Origin: Lama guanicoe
Taxonomy: Eukaryota
DNA length: 64,000 nt
NCBI GenBank assembly: GCA_013239625.1
Contig: MU053873.1
Location: forward strand, 1,626,524-1,690,523
Reading direction: 5' to 3'
A model generated the notes under the pieces. That model was not told the DNA's origin. It searched no databases and worked only from the letters and a program-made list of their open reading frames with translations. A program made the translations under genes and the position numbers. Below, in pieces: positions 40,676 through 52,322 of the stretch. Position 1 is the stretch's first letter, and every line of letters begins with the position of its first letter.

Positions 40676-41646
40676 CATAATGAGTATAAAAGAGATAATA
40701 GGAATGGGAAAGATGAGTGAATCAATCTAACTTATCTTTTCTCAATGCCTCTCACATTCTATGAAAGTGTTTATTAATGTAACATCTGTACCCACGAATT
40801 ACTTGGACCCCATTTCATTGCTTTGAGGGAAACCACCAGATTATAGTGGGAGTGAATAAACACATACTGTCATCACACTAGTCACCTTGCATAGATACCC
40901 TGCTTGATATTTGTAGTGATCCTGCACTACTCTACATTTATTAGCATCTGCCATGGGATGTGGGATTTACTGGCACCCAGAAACTGAAGCTCAGGGAAAG
41001 GAGTTCACATGCCCCATACAACTGGTTTGGTCCGCCGCCAGATCCCTGCTCTTCCCACTCTTTTCATGTCATCTCTCAGCAGCACAAAAAGACACACTGT
41101 TGGTCAAGGTGATGTTTTCCTTCTGAACGCACGGAACCCAAGAAGGTGTCTGTGTCTGCAGAATATATGGCCTCTCCAGAAGGCAGGGGATTAGGGCTCC
41201 TGGAGTAGAGCAAGGGCAAGGGTCAGACTAAATCATCACCCACAGAGGGCTCTGAGAAGCTCAGGGTGAAAGATTTATCGCCATTGTAAAGTGATTTCAA
41301 AAACATAGTCTAAGCGGTAGTGGAAATGAGGAGGCCTGAAGAAGCAAACAGTTCACTTGCTATCATTGTGCCTATTAATATATTTTATGTTTCCTCTGGG
41401 GTGTATATCCCGTTGAATCTCAAGCTCTTGGGAAGGTCACTAAGGGATGACTTTTGAATTGCTTTCCAGATTATGAAATTCCCCTGCATCTCACTCTAAG
41501 GGCACATGATAGATTTTAGCTAGAAGAGGAGTTAAGAGCTTCTATAGTAAGTGACAGTGACAAATGCTTTTCATTTTCTCAGGGGCTTTAGCATGTCTGC
41601 ACCTGCACAAAATAATATCATTGCTTTTCTGTCTATATCCCCACAG

Positions 41647-42170
41647 GGCAATGGGGAGCTTGCAGCAAGCCCTTGTGTGCTTTGAAAAGAGGCTCGTGGT
41701 TGCCCATGAGCTTGGGGAGGCCTTTAATAAAGCCCAGGCCTATGGAGAGCTGGGAAGTCTGCACAGCCAATTAGGGAATTACGAACAAGCCATTTCCTGC
41801 CTTGAACGCCAGCTGAACATTGCTAGAGAGATGAAAGACCGAGCTCTGGAAAGTGACGCAGCCTGTGGCCTAGGGGGTGTGTACCAGCAGATGGGGGAGT
41901 ATGATACAGCCCTGCAGTACCACCAGCTCGATCTGCAGATAGCAGAGGAAACCAACAACCCCACATGCCAGGGCCGAGCCTATGGGAACCTGGGCCTGAC
42001 CTACGAGTCCCTGGGCACCTTCGAGAGGGCTGTGGTCTATCAAGAACAGCACTTGAGCATTGCTGCACAGATGAATGACTTGGTGGCCAAGACGGTGTCT
42101 TACAGTAGCCTTGGGAGGACCCATCATGCTTTGCAGAACTATTCCCAGGCAGTCATGTACTTACAGGAAG
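41647..42170 (+). CDS. TTC28: TTC28 coding exon, 524 nt (probably exon 8); TPR repeats
   Basis: Acceptor ccccacAG|G at 41645-41646; donor AAG|GTAAGT at 42171. Translation RAMGSLQQALVCFEKR...QAVMYLQEG. Phase 2 in, phase 1 out, matching neighbours. Confidence 0.96.
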
Positions 42171-43940
42171 GTAAGTGAAAAGGTCCATCGTGGTCTCTTG
42201 GTCTACTCCGAGACCTAGTTCACAGTCTACTTGGAAGGATGTGCACACAGTTGGAGTGGCCACCTCTGCTCTGAGTGAGGATCTCAAAGGCCACATCATC
42301 AGTTCAACTCCAAAACCATGGTGTCCCCTACTGAGTGTTCCTTAATAGTACGAAGGCTTTCCACTGTGCATAATGCATTGCCAGATGTCTTACTCTGCTA
42401 GCCAGCTGCCCAAGAAGTGAGCTCCTTGCTTTTCAGAGACTTCTGTGGAGTGAGCTTCAGTCTCCACGAGATGAATCAAGGTAGATCTAATGGTGTAAAA
42501 TTTAAGGGCCTGAATCAGAGGAAATGCCTGTATGTTCCAAGCCCTGTTGTCCCTCTAGAAAATATCTAATCTGTATCAAAGTTATATAGAAGTCCATTCT
42601 GTTGCGGCCATAGAGATCTATTCCAGAAACTTCCATCTGAGGGCCACTCAGCAGTCAGTCAGCTTCCCAGTGTTTGTTACTCACAGGCTTGGGCTGGTGC
42701 CACAGCAGAATTGTTTCAGGCAGGTCCAGAAAGTACTGCTCCCCCCGCCATCCCTTCCTGCACCCCACCCCACCGACTCCCTATCAGGTTCCATGCAGTT
42801 ACCTGAGCACAGTCAGTCCTTGGACACTTCCTTCCTCGTGAAGCAGGAGTCCCACAGTGATGTGTTTACCCGCCACCTCTTTGGAATCTTACTCTGGAAA
42901 GCACTTCCTCTCACATGGGCACATTGCATCCTATTATCCTGAGAGGGAAAAACAGCAGATATGTTTTTGGCTCACTAGTAAAAGGAAATGGTTGCTGATT
43001 TCAAGCAAAAATTCTCAATTTTTAGTTTCCAAAAGTTGTTGGCATATATAATTTATTGAACTGGATTTAATTCTCTTAATCTTGAGAGATGTATCTTTTT
43101 ATTCCCATTTGCAGCTAAGTGACCTGAGGCTTAAAGTACAGTGGCTTGATCCTGACCATGCGGTCAGTCAGTGGTGGTGGTGGGAGGCTCAGCCCTGGAT
43201 TCCTGACCCCAGGAACCACACCAGACCCTGCATGCAGACCCCAGGAAGAGAGGGTTGGGGCATTCTTGTCCACTGTTACTCCTGAGCCTCAGCTGGAAGC
43301 TGGGCAAAAGGGAGCAGCACAAAGTGGAGAACGGGCCAGGGGCCAAGGTCGCTGTCCTTTGCACAGACCAGGGGTTGCTCTGGCTGCAGGCTGAGAGGTT
43401 ACTGAGAGGCTGGAAGCCACTTCCCAGACCTTCTTTGGCTCCCACTCAATGGGAGCTCTGCCTCAAAGTGTTAAATGTGAGCATTGGCTTTTGGTTTCCT
43501 GAAACTTGACTGTGATAAAATTCTAACAGACTTGGGTGATTTTCAGTTGAATATGTGAAAACTATTAAATTCAGACCCAGCATATGACAACCTTTCAGCT
43601 GTATTCTTTTGTTCTTCTTGAAACATTATTTCCATGAAGCAGCTGCTTTGACTGAGATATTGTAAGAGAATTCTGTATTTATGGAAAACTTTCCATTTAT
43701 TTTTATTGTTTCTCATAATTTTAAGTCTTAAAAGAGATCTAAATTCTCATTGTGGCATCTCCACAGTATCTTTTTCATGAGTGTGCTCCGCCAAAGAGCC
43801 TGGTATGCCTTGTGGGCCCAACCAGATGCCTCTTCTCGTGGGCTGTTACAGGTGCACCTGGAAGGCCCTTTCTGGGGGCTCTCAGTTGGGTCTGTAGCTC
43901 TTTTGCGATGAGGGAACAGTTCAGTTGGAAACCCCTTAAG

Positions 43941-44050
43941 TTCTCCCTCCCTCTCTCCCTCCCTCTCCCCCCTCCCCCTCTCCCCCTCTCCCTTTCTCTC
44001 TCTCTCTCCCTTTCTCCCTTTCTCTCTGTCTCTCTTTCTCTGTCTCTCTC

Positions 44051-44082
<32 letters not shown>
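43941..44082. repeat. (CT)n-rich polypyrimidine microsatellite
   Basis: Direct reading; gives the spurious SLSLSL ORF 43752..44108. Confidence 0.95.
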
Positions 44083-45860
44083 AGCTTTCCTCAGGGGCTG
44101 TGGACTAGCACCACCCCGCCCATGTGCAATAGAATCTCACAGGTGGGGCCTGGTCTGACTCTGTTGAACAAGCCCTCCAGGTGATTTGTATAGTTACCCC
44201 TGATTAAAACTGCTGGTCTCACCCAGCTTTTTCTCTTTGCAAATGAAGAAAGGGAGCCTGGAGCAATTTAGTGACTTACCTGGAGTTATGCAACTATTTC
44301 CTGGCAGGTTAGGCTCTAGGAGAGCTGGATGGGTGGGTCAGATTCCTAAGAGGGCAGGTAGAAACTGGGGTAGGACAGATACCATGTCTGTCCAGTGGGC
44401 TTTCAGCTCTTCATTGTTGAACTTCTGACTTTGGGCCAGAGAGTGTCCTATGTGCTGGGGATTCAGCAGGGAGCAAAGGCAGGTCCCTGCTGCACAGAAC
44501 ATATCTTCTGAGGGGCTTCCTCAGTGAATTTCACTTCCAACTCATAGACCCAGACCTAGCAGGAATAGCTATATTGAAGAATAAATATGGTTAGCTTGTT
44601 GAAGGTCAAGATGACTGGTATCCTCCTGGTTTTCATCCAGGAGCCATTTCTTTTATTTGTGTTCTACTCTATGAGGTATTTTAAAATGTGAATAATTTAC
44701 AAGTACATATTGTTTTTGTTACCCGTGTGACATCTTTTAAACTTAAAATGCTGTTTCTAAGTTTGCTGAGTTACGTGCATTTTGAGGTGCATAATATTAT
44801 ATGAGCTTGCACACGTGTATCACTTTTATTAGCTTCTCAGCTGACTCTGTTCTTTTCCAAAAGTCTGAAATTGTGTGGGCACAGCATGCTCAGAGGCAGG
44901 CTCCCATTCATCCCGAATTAGATTAGAAGAGGAAGTCCTTCCTCTGTGAGTGTAGTGTAGTGTGTTGTGGGAGCTTTCATGCTGTCTCTGCACAAGCTAA
45001 CTCCTGTGTACAGAGAGCAGGATAATGAGGGCAAAGTGATGCTGAGAACTGCTTAGTGGCCAACACAATAAATGGTTGCCCTCAGCTTTGGCTCCCACAC
45101 AGCCCTGGAGGTTGCTGGTGTCCTGAAATCCAGAACCGTGCTGTGGGTAAGTGACCCAAGCCGCAGGTGCCTCTCTGAAGGCCATTAGAATGAGGACAGT
45201 CTCATTTAAAGCTTTTGACTCGTAATAGCACTTGTTCTGCAACCCTGCTGAGACGCATCAAAGTCTCAGCCTTGAAGGAAGAGCAGATTGGACGTGAAAT
45301 GCGTCAGTGGTGTCAGTAACAGAAGGCAGGGTCAGGCAGTGAGAGCATTCTGCTTCCAGGAGGACATAAGATGTGTCTCCCATCAACACTGATTGGATGC
45401 TGTGCATGTGAGATAGGAAAAATTATTAGCTTGGCTTCTGTACTGGACTCTGGAACTGTCAGGAAACGCTTTTGCCAGCCAAAGAATTGGGTTAGATAAA
45501 TGTATAGGCCAGGAGTTTTCATTTGCAAAGCTAGGGATTTCACAGCTGGGAGGGCAGCCAGTTAGGTTCCATTCGTTTCAGTGTTTCTGCCTGCCCTGCA
45601 AACCTGTCTCCTGCTGCTAGCCATCGCCTGAGCTCTTGCTGGGGCATCTTGCGGTGCCCTGGGAAGGCCGCTGCCAACACAGGATTTGAAAAGAATGCTT
45701 ACTCTGCCATGACCGATTTGACGTGTGTCCTGCATTTTAACTAGCTATGTTGCTAACATTCTTTATATACACCTGAGGCAGAACTACCCTCCAGAACTCC
45801 TTGGCAGGGTGGAATCATCTGTTTTCTGTATGGCCTTCAAATTTCTCTCTCTGATTTCAG

Positions 45861-45970
45861 GCTTAAGGTTAGCAGAGCAACTGGGCCGAAGAGAAGATGA
45901 AGCCAAAATTCGCCACGGTCTTGGCCTCTCCCTTTGGGCTAGTGGGAACCTGGAGGAGGCCCAACACCAG
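45861..45970 (+). CDS. TTC28: TTC28 coding exon, 110 nt (probably exon 9)
   Basis: Acceptor ttctctctctgatttcAG; donor CAG|GTAAGC. Translation GLRLAEQLGRREDEAKIRHGLGLSLWASGNLEEAQHQ. Phase 1 in, phase 0 out. Confidence 0.94.
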
Positions 45971-46322
45971 GTAAGCAGGAGAACTGCTGTCCCAAGTGGG
46001 TTTTGTTTCTAGAAGCATGGAGACCTCGGGATTGCTATCCTGTGTAGTGATGACAGTTGCCAGAAAGTGTTGACCTCTGCTCTTGGGTTGACACAAGGTT
46101 TCCAGCCTGTATCAGCCCAGAGGTGTTGAACCATAGTAAAGACTCCTGCTCACTTGTGTGATAGATTCCTCAATAATTTCTTTGGAGTTCTTGTACTATG
46201 TGCTGCTGTTCCTCAGTAAACCTTAATATGAAATTATACACTATGACAGAAGTAAGTAATCCAAGAATTTGTAATGATTGCATTTAATGCCTTTGTAAGT
46301 TTCTAGTTATATGAATAGATAT

Positions 46323-46404
46323 TTCTCTCCTCTCTCCCTCTCCCTCCCTTTCTCTGTCTGTCTATCTCTCTTTTTCTCTCATACACACACACACACATAC
46401 ACAC
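46323..46404. repeat. (CT)n/(AC)n compound microsatellite
   Basis: Direct reading. Confidence 0.85.
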
Positions 46405-46814
46405 AGTTCATGTTTCTGCACATACACAAATAGTTGAAGAGAAGCCAGCTGTCACACTGGCTCTGGAAATTAGAAAGGTCCCTGGAGTTGTGGGTTCCTC
46501 TGTCAGGTTGGAGGCGTCATCTAAAATCACATGCTCAACAGGTTAGGCCGGGTGAGATGCTGACTGTGGAGGGCGTTGTGCTCGGCAAGGGGGCTGAGGA
46601 TAAGTGAGTCAAGGCTCCCATCAGAGGTGCTCGGGAACTGAGGACAGGATGTGTCCAAATTCGTGCCACAGCATCCTGGAATGTTCGGATGTTCCACTGT
46701 ATTTTTTAAAACTATTAAAGGAAGTTTAATGAATTCTAATTTTCTGGTTTCAAAAATTAAAATTTGTACTGATACAGTGATTTATAATTTTCAAAGTACT
46801 GTCACTGACTGAAT

Positions 46815-46945
46815 TTATTCACTAAATAACCCTGTGAGGTAGGGTGATCACCATCTCCTTTATAGAGAAGAAACTGAGGCTCCGAATCTTGCCAAAAGTC
46901 ACACAGCAAATTAGTGGCGAGATTGAGAATACATTTCTCTCTCCT
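46815..46945 (-). mobile_element. MIR SINE fragment
   Basis: aataaccctgtgaggtagg ... tatagagaagaaactgaggctc ... aaagtcacacagcaaattagtggc. Confidence 0.75.
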
Positions 46946-47692
46946 ACTCTAAGTGTCTTAGTCTTAGAATTCTGTTCTTTAAGTTTGCCTGAACTTAAAA
47001 TTTGATGGTCCAGCATATAAATATCAACGACGAGTCTTGTGGTCCCACTGACAGAAAAGCCTAGCGTCTCCTTAGGAGCATCACTTGGCCGGTCCCGTGG
47101 GTGTCCATGTGAGTGGACGTGGTTCCAGTAGAGTTTGGCCAGCAGAGACCTGACCCTGGAGCTGCTGTGGAGAGCAGGCTCTGATTCAGCTGAGCCACCA
47201 GTGGAAAGCTCCCTTCTCCCAAGAGCGGGGCTGCTGTCACCTGTTCCCCAGCCTGGTGCACCTCCAGCCTGCCTCCAGTACACTGCTCTCATTCCAGCCC
47301 TCCCGCTTGGGGGGGCATTGGGGTGATGAATTACAGTTGCTAGATGACAAGAGGAGAGGCTTTTTATTTGTTTTCATCAAAGTCAGTACTTGGCTGCGTT
47401 AATAGTTGATTTTTTCCCACAACTTTAAGACTGTGAGTCTGTAACCCCTGGCTTCTAGATCCCCTTATCCATCAAAAGTTGATCACATAAATGGTAATTT
47501 ACTAAGTGTGATCAAATTGATGCCTTTGCAGGTCCACAAGGACCTACTAGGAAATAAAGATTCATCCTTTCTAAACCTTTTAAAACAATTTTTAGGTGGT
47601 TACCAAGGTGTGAACAAAAATTGTCTCTAGTCAGTGAACAGCTAGACTGGGGTTTCTGGAAAGTGGGTAATGCTCTTTTTCCCTACTCACAG

Positions 47693-47822
47693 CTCTACAG
47701 GGCATCAGCCTTGTTTGAAACGATCCGACATGAAGCGCAGCTGAGCACGGACTACAGACTCTCCCTCTTTGACCTGCAGACGTCCTCCTACCAGGCCCTG
47801 CAGCGAGTGCTCGTCAGCCTCG
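47693..47822 (+). CDS. TTC28: TTC28 coding exon, 130 nt (probably exon 10)
   Basis: Acceptor ctctttttccctactcacAG; donor G|GTGAGA. Translation LYRASALFETIRHEAQLSTDYRLSLFDLQTSSYQALQRVLVSL. Phase 0 in, phase 1 out. Confidence 0.93.
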
Positions 47823-47934
47823 GTGAGAGCGGCAGGGCCCACTCAGAGCGCGTGCCCCGTCTGTCTACCTTGTTTAGTGACTGCTGCGATGAGACAGGAC
47901 CTGCTGTTAAGCCACAACCACAGTCCAGCCACTG

Positions 47935-48170
47935 AACATTCGTTCATTTATCCAACAGATACTTGTATGTGCCCAGTGCCAGTCAAGGAGGCTTGGTTCC
48001 TGACTTCTGGAAGCTCATAGCTTGTCAGAAGACAGAAGCCAGGGGTCCAGTACGGTGTGGTTGGAGCTAGGGTAGAAGAAACTCAGGTGCTGTGGAATCA
48101 AAGTGGCTCGGCAGGCAAACCCAAGAGGTGGAGAAAGTGTCCTGTAGACAGGGATGCTTGAAGCAGGTGA
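47935..48170 (-). mobile_element. L2 3' end remnant
   Basis: cattcgttcatttatccaacagatacttg ... gtgccag ... ggaagctcatag. Confidence 0.55.
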
Positions 48171-49964
48171 CCCCTGCCAGGTTCCCTCCTATTAGTTCCC
48201 GGGGGCAGGTACCTGAGAAGACACCCTATTTAACTTGTCATACAACGTTTAATGTTGCTGTATAGTAAATATTTGTACTGTCTGCCCTCTAGGCTGTGGC
48301 TTAGTCAGTGATAACTCTCCCAGGCCTGTGTGCTGCATTGTACGGGGGCAGCATCCACCTTTCCTTACCTGGGCCTTACCTGTTGCAGGCATGCTATTCC
48401 AGCTCCCTGTCCTCTGCCTCTCCCCAGGCCTGTCCGTCTCTGCAGGCCATTTTCCAACCCAGAACTTGGGCTAAGGAGGTGTTCATAGGAGCTAACAATG
48501 TCTTTGAAGTTGGATATTGAGGTCTTGTCAATTACCTGTCCTTTGCTTTATGCAAATGAATACTCAAACTTCCCCTTGAAAAAAATGTACTTGTTAAACA
48601 TGCTTATTGCCTGGGAGTACAGTTTATTATCTGTTATATTCACAGTGTTAAGTCTGTCTAGCACTTTGGGGCCAATTTTCCAGTGTGTGCAGAATTTGTC
48701 CCTGCTGTTCCAGTTAATAACTTCATAGAGTAAAAGAAGACATTTGCATACACACACATAAATCCCCGCTTTCTTGTGATACTCAAATTGCAGGAAGCAG
48801 GGCATCCTTGGAGTGCTGTCGGAGCTGCGGCATCTGGTCTCCTGCCTCTGCCCACTCTCTCTTTGGACCTTAGTTTTAGCAACTCTTCCATTTTTATATT
48901 TATAATGCAGGCAGATTCTCTGCATTGTGTTCCTTCAGCACTTGTAACAGTCTTCACTTGAAAGGATGTTGCTTTATCTGTTTTGTACTCACATTTGTGC
49001 ATTAGCTTTTAAACTAGATTACAGACTAGTTTCTTAGATGAAGTGGGATTAGAGGTTGGATCGAGGGACTGAGGAAAAGCTTGAAAGAGAGAAACAATTT
49101 CAAAGAACTAGAGACCTCAGAGGTATAAATGCTTTGCCCTTGGGAACTAGAAGAGAGGGGAAGGGAGTGTGTGGGAGCCCAGAATGGAATAAGGTATCAG
49201 CTGTAGCAATTATATTATCACTTGTTATATGTACGGTCGGTGTTTTGAATAATGCTTAACAGGCATCTCCACAAATAGAGCCTTGTTTCATCTTTACAGT
49301 AGCCCTTGAGATAAGGCAGAACAATTAGCAGGATCCCTCCTTTTGAATGGATGGGGGAAGGGCACACCTAGCAGATGGGCCAGATGTGTAAAGGCACAGA
49401 GGTACAATTTGGGGGAAATGTGGAAGTGGGGCTGGACAGTGATGCAGAGAGGGGCTGCATCGAGGAGAACATGAACGCTGGTCAGGAGCCGTGAACTAGG
49501 GGACTCCTCTGCCAGCACTGAGTCAGAATGGAGCAGAGCAGGGAAGGGAGAGGGTGACCAGAGTACAAAGCTACCAGGCCCAAATTGCCAAGTGAGTAGG
49601 GTCAGGAGCCAGGAGGCCGAGGGAACTCAGACACAGAGGGAGAGCAGGCAGGGCTGAGGACAGATGCTCTCCCTCTCTGTTCAGATGCTCTGAACAGAGT
49701 CAGCTCTCCTGTGGTGTGGCTGCCAGACCAGGGAAGCCTGGCAGCTTAGGATGGTGTGGAACTGGAAGCATGGGTTTGATAAGAGTGGTCACTGTGCCCA
49801 TCAGCTGAGGCAGGGGTTGAATTTGAAGCAGTGGGACTGAGAGTCTGCCACACACTGAAGTGCAAAGGCAGTGGGGTTTCCTCCCGGGGTCTCTGTCCCT
49901 GATGGCCCCTCCCTGAGAAAGCACGCTCCCCACAGACTCCTGAGTCTGTCCCTTTGTGTCCTAG

Positions 49965-50183
49965 GCCATCATGATGAAGCCCTGGCTGTGGCAGAAAGAG
50001 GACGGACAAGGGCATTTGCCGATCTTCTGGTAGAGCGACAGACAGGACAGCAGGACTCTGACCCCTACTCCCCGGTCACCGTCGATCAGATCTTAGAGAT
50101 GGTGAATGGCCAGAGGGGACTAGTGCTTTACTATTCCCTGGCTGCGGGCTACCTATACAGCTGGCTGCTTGCTCCTGGGGCAG
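49965..50183 (+). CDS. TTC28: TTC28 coding exon, 219 nt (probably exon 11)
   Basis: Acceptor ccctttgtgtcctAG; donor CAG|GTAAGA. Translation GHHDEALAVAERGRTRAFADLLVERQ...YLYSWLLAPGA. Phase 1 in, phase 1 out. Confidence 0.94.
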
Positions 50184-52150
50184 GTAAGATCTCTCTCTGT
50201 GGGAACAGGTTAATTAAGACACTAGACTGTGAAAATCTAATGAATAGAGGTGGAAGAGGTGCATTACCATAGATCAGACAAGGCGCTAATGTCGGCTTTC
50301 AGCAAAAACCTCAGCCTCGGTGGATACTCCACGGCGGGGCATTCGATTAATAAGACAATGCAGCTTTCTCATTCCCCCAAGAAATCACTGCTCTTTGCTG
50401 GCGAATGTGGAAGCATTTATCAAGGAAGACTAAGAGCAGGAGGATTAATTTCACCAGCAGCCCTATTTTTAGGCAGCTGTTGTTCATTAGCTAATAAAGT
50501 GATAACTGTAAGTCCTAACGAGTTCTTTCTAGATCTGATTTAATAATTGTGACCCTTTGTCATGGTACAGTTAAAGGGACTAAAATGATAATGGCAGCTC
50601 TATCACTGTATATAAATGAAGTCTTAAATGCTTGAAATTTCTGAGTGTAGCAGAACCCATTTTTAACCAGTTCATTTGTAGATCTGTTTCAGAAGTAAAA
50701 TCCCCTTTGATCAAATCAGGATTAAATGTTCAGGCTGTAACAGTTTCACTAAATACAGAACCACTAATTAGCTGTTAGGGCCATATTTTTTGCATAATAA
50801 AATGCTGATGGCTTTACCATGTTGGAGACACACCAGATCCAATTAGAGTTTATTGACTGGGGAAGTGGGTCTTATAATTGGGAATCTTGAAGAACGGGTC
50901 GCTTGAATATCTGTAAACCAGTTTCAAAAAGCTCAACTGCCAAGGAAAATTGACAAGATTTTCTTGATTATGTTCTGTCCCTTTGATTAAAAAAAAATTG
51001 ATGACTAGATGACAGCTCTCAGATGCTTCTTGTGTTCTGATGACATTCAGAGAATGCCTATACATTCTTTGCCTCAGCATCGTTTTTTATAATTTCCCCC
51101 TCAACTCTGTGTTTTTATGGGCTTTCCATACAGAACGTTCTTACCTCTGACCCTTTTATGCTAAAGGTTTTAAGTTGTGATGTTCCTGGTGACTGGGTGA
51201 GTGTCGGCCACAGTGGAATGAATCCCTGTGTATCCCAGCCCCCGGGGGGGCACTAACACCCAGGAGGACACGGTTGTGTCTCTGATGACAGAGGTATCAA
51301 GCGCTTTCTCTCTGTGGTTGTTATGTTTTGGGGCCATGATTTGACAGGTGGTATGTCCAAATCCCTGTAATAATGAGCCATGTATAATGAGGCTCCTATT
51401 ATTTCTCTTTCGGTTCCTCTTTGCTCTTAATGAGACTCTGAAGCTTCCACTGGGGCTCTAATCCAATCAGAGAGGACCAGCATTTTCTAGGGCTGACACA
51501 CCTCATTACCATTTGAGAATATGTCCTATGTTTATTGCCAGGAAACCACTGCGGATTGCCTCAGTTTTATACAGCCATCATTTTTTGCTCCTTTAATCTA
51601 TTAATGACCATTGACCAGTTGGTCTTATTTAAAAATGGTTTAAAATGTTCTTATCTGGCCGTTATGCTACATATTTATTTTGATTTGCTTTTGTGAAGTG
51701 AAAAGTCTCTGAGTAACACAGTTTCCGTCTGGCCAGTTACATTTTTTGTTCAGAATTTCAGTTTCTGGAGAGAACACACCTTGGCATGCTCTTGTACTAT
51801 TCCTGAAAGGAGGCTTTCCCTGGTTGGTTCTCCTGAGAAGCATCTGTTTTGAAATACGTGAACTAATGTGAACTACAAGCTTCTGAATATATTGTCAAAA
51901 ACAAAAGCCCCATCTTGAATTCTCTGTTTTCAAGCACCAAAGCTGAAGGTGAAAGCTGTGAAAAGGGTACTGACCAAACTCCTAAAAACCCTCTTGAGAC
52001 TTTGGGCTTGAGGATTTCTTCCCATGGTTTGAAGGACACCATGCTTGTCAAAGAGGTCACAGAGCATCGACGCTGCTGTCCCCTGCCCTCCACCTTTCCC
52101 TCCCCCAGCCCCAATCATGTATAATGTTGGCTGTGTCTGTCTTGTTCCAG

Positions 52151-52316
52151 GAATTCTGAAGTTTCACGAACACTACCTGGGAGATAACACAGTGGAAAAC
52201 TCCAGTGACTTCCAGGCTGGCAGCGGTGCAGCCCTTCCAACAGCCACCAGCTCGGCCCTGGAGCAGCACATCGCCAGCGTGCGGGAGGCCCTGGGCGTGG
52301 AGTCTTACTGCTCGAG
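52151..52316 (+). CDS. TTC28: TTC28 coding exon, 166 nt (probably exon 12), ending at a GC donor
   Basis: Acceptor gtctgtcttgttccAG. Translation GILKFHEHYLGDNTVENSSDFQ...VREALGVESYCSR. The 3' boundary is placed at AG|GCAAGT, where similarity to TTC28 as I recall it ends. Confidence 0.88.
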
Positions 52317-52322
52317 GCAAGT
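52315..52322 (+). promoter_or_regulatory. Non-canonical GC-AG 5' splice site (AG|GCAAGT)
   Basis: Matches the U1-pairing consensus AG|GTAAGT at every position shown except +2. The nearest GT (52321, GTGCTG) is a poor donor and would shift the phase. Confidence 0.8.

Noticed and set aside
39025..42127. Minus-strand ORFs overlapping the TPR exons
   Set aside because: Shadow ORFs caused by the codon bias of the sense exons; no recognisable protein features.
43752..44108. Ser/Leu/Pro-rich ORF
   Set aside because: Translation of a (CT)n microsatellite.
51236..51256. CTCF-like motif (also near 31681 and 34990)
   Set aside because: Each has several mismatches or a spacing shift in the core; not supportable without a PWM scan.
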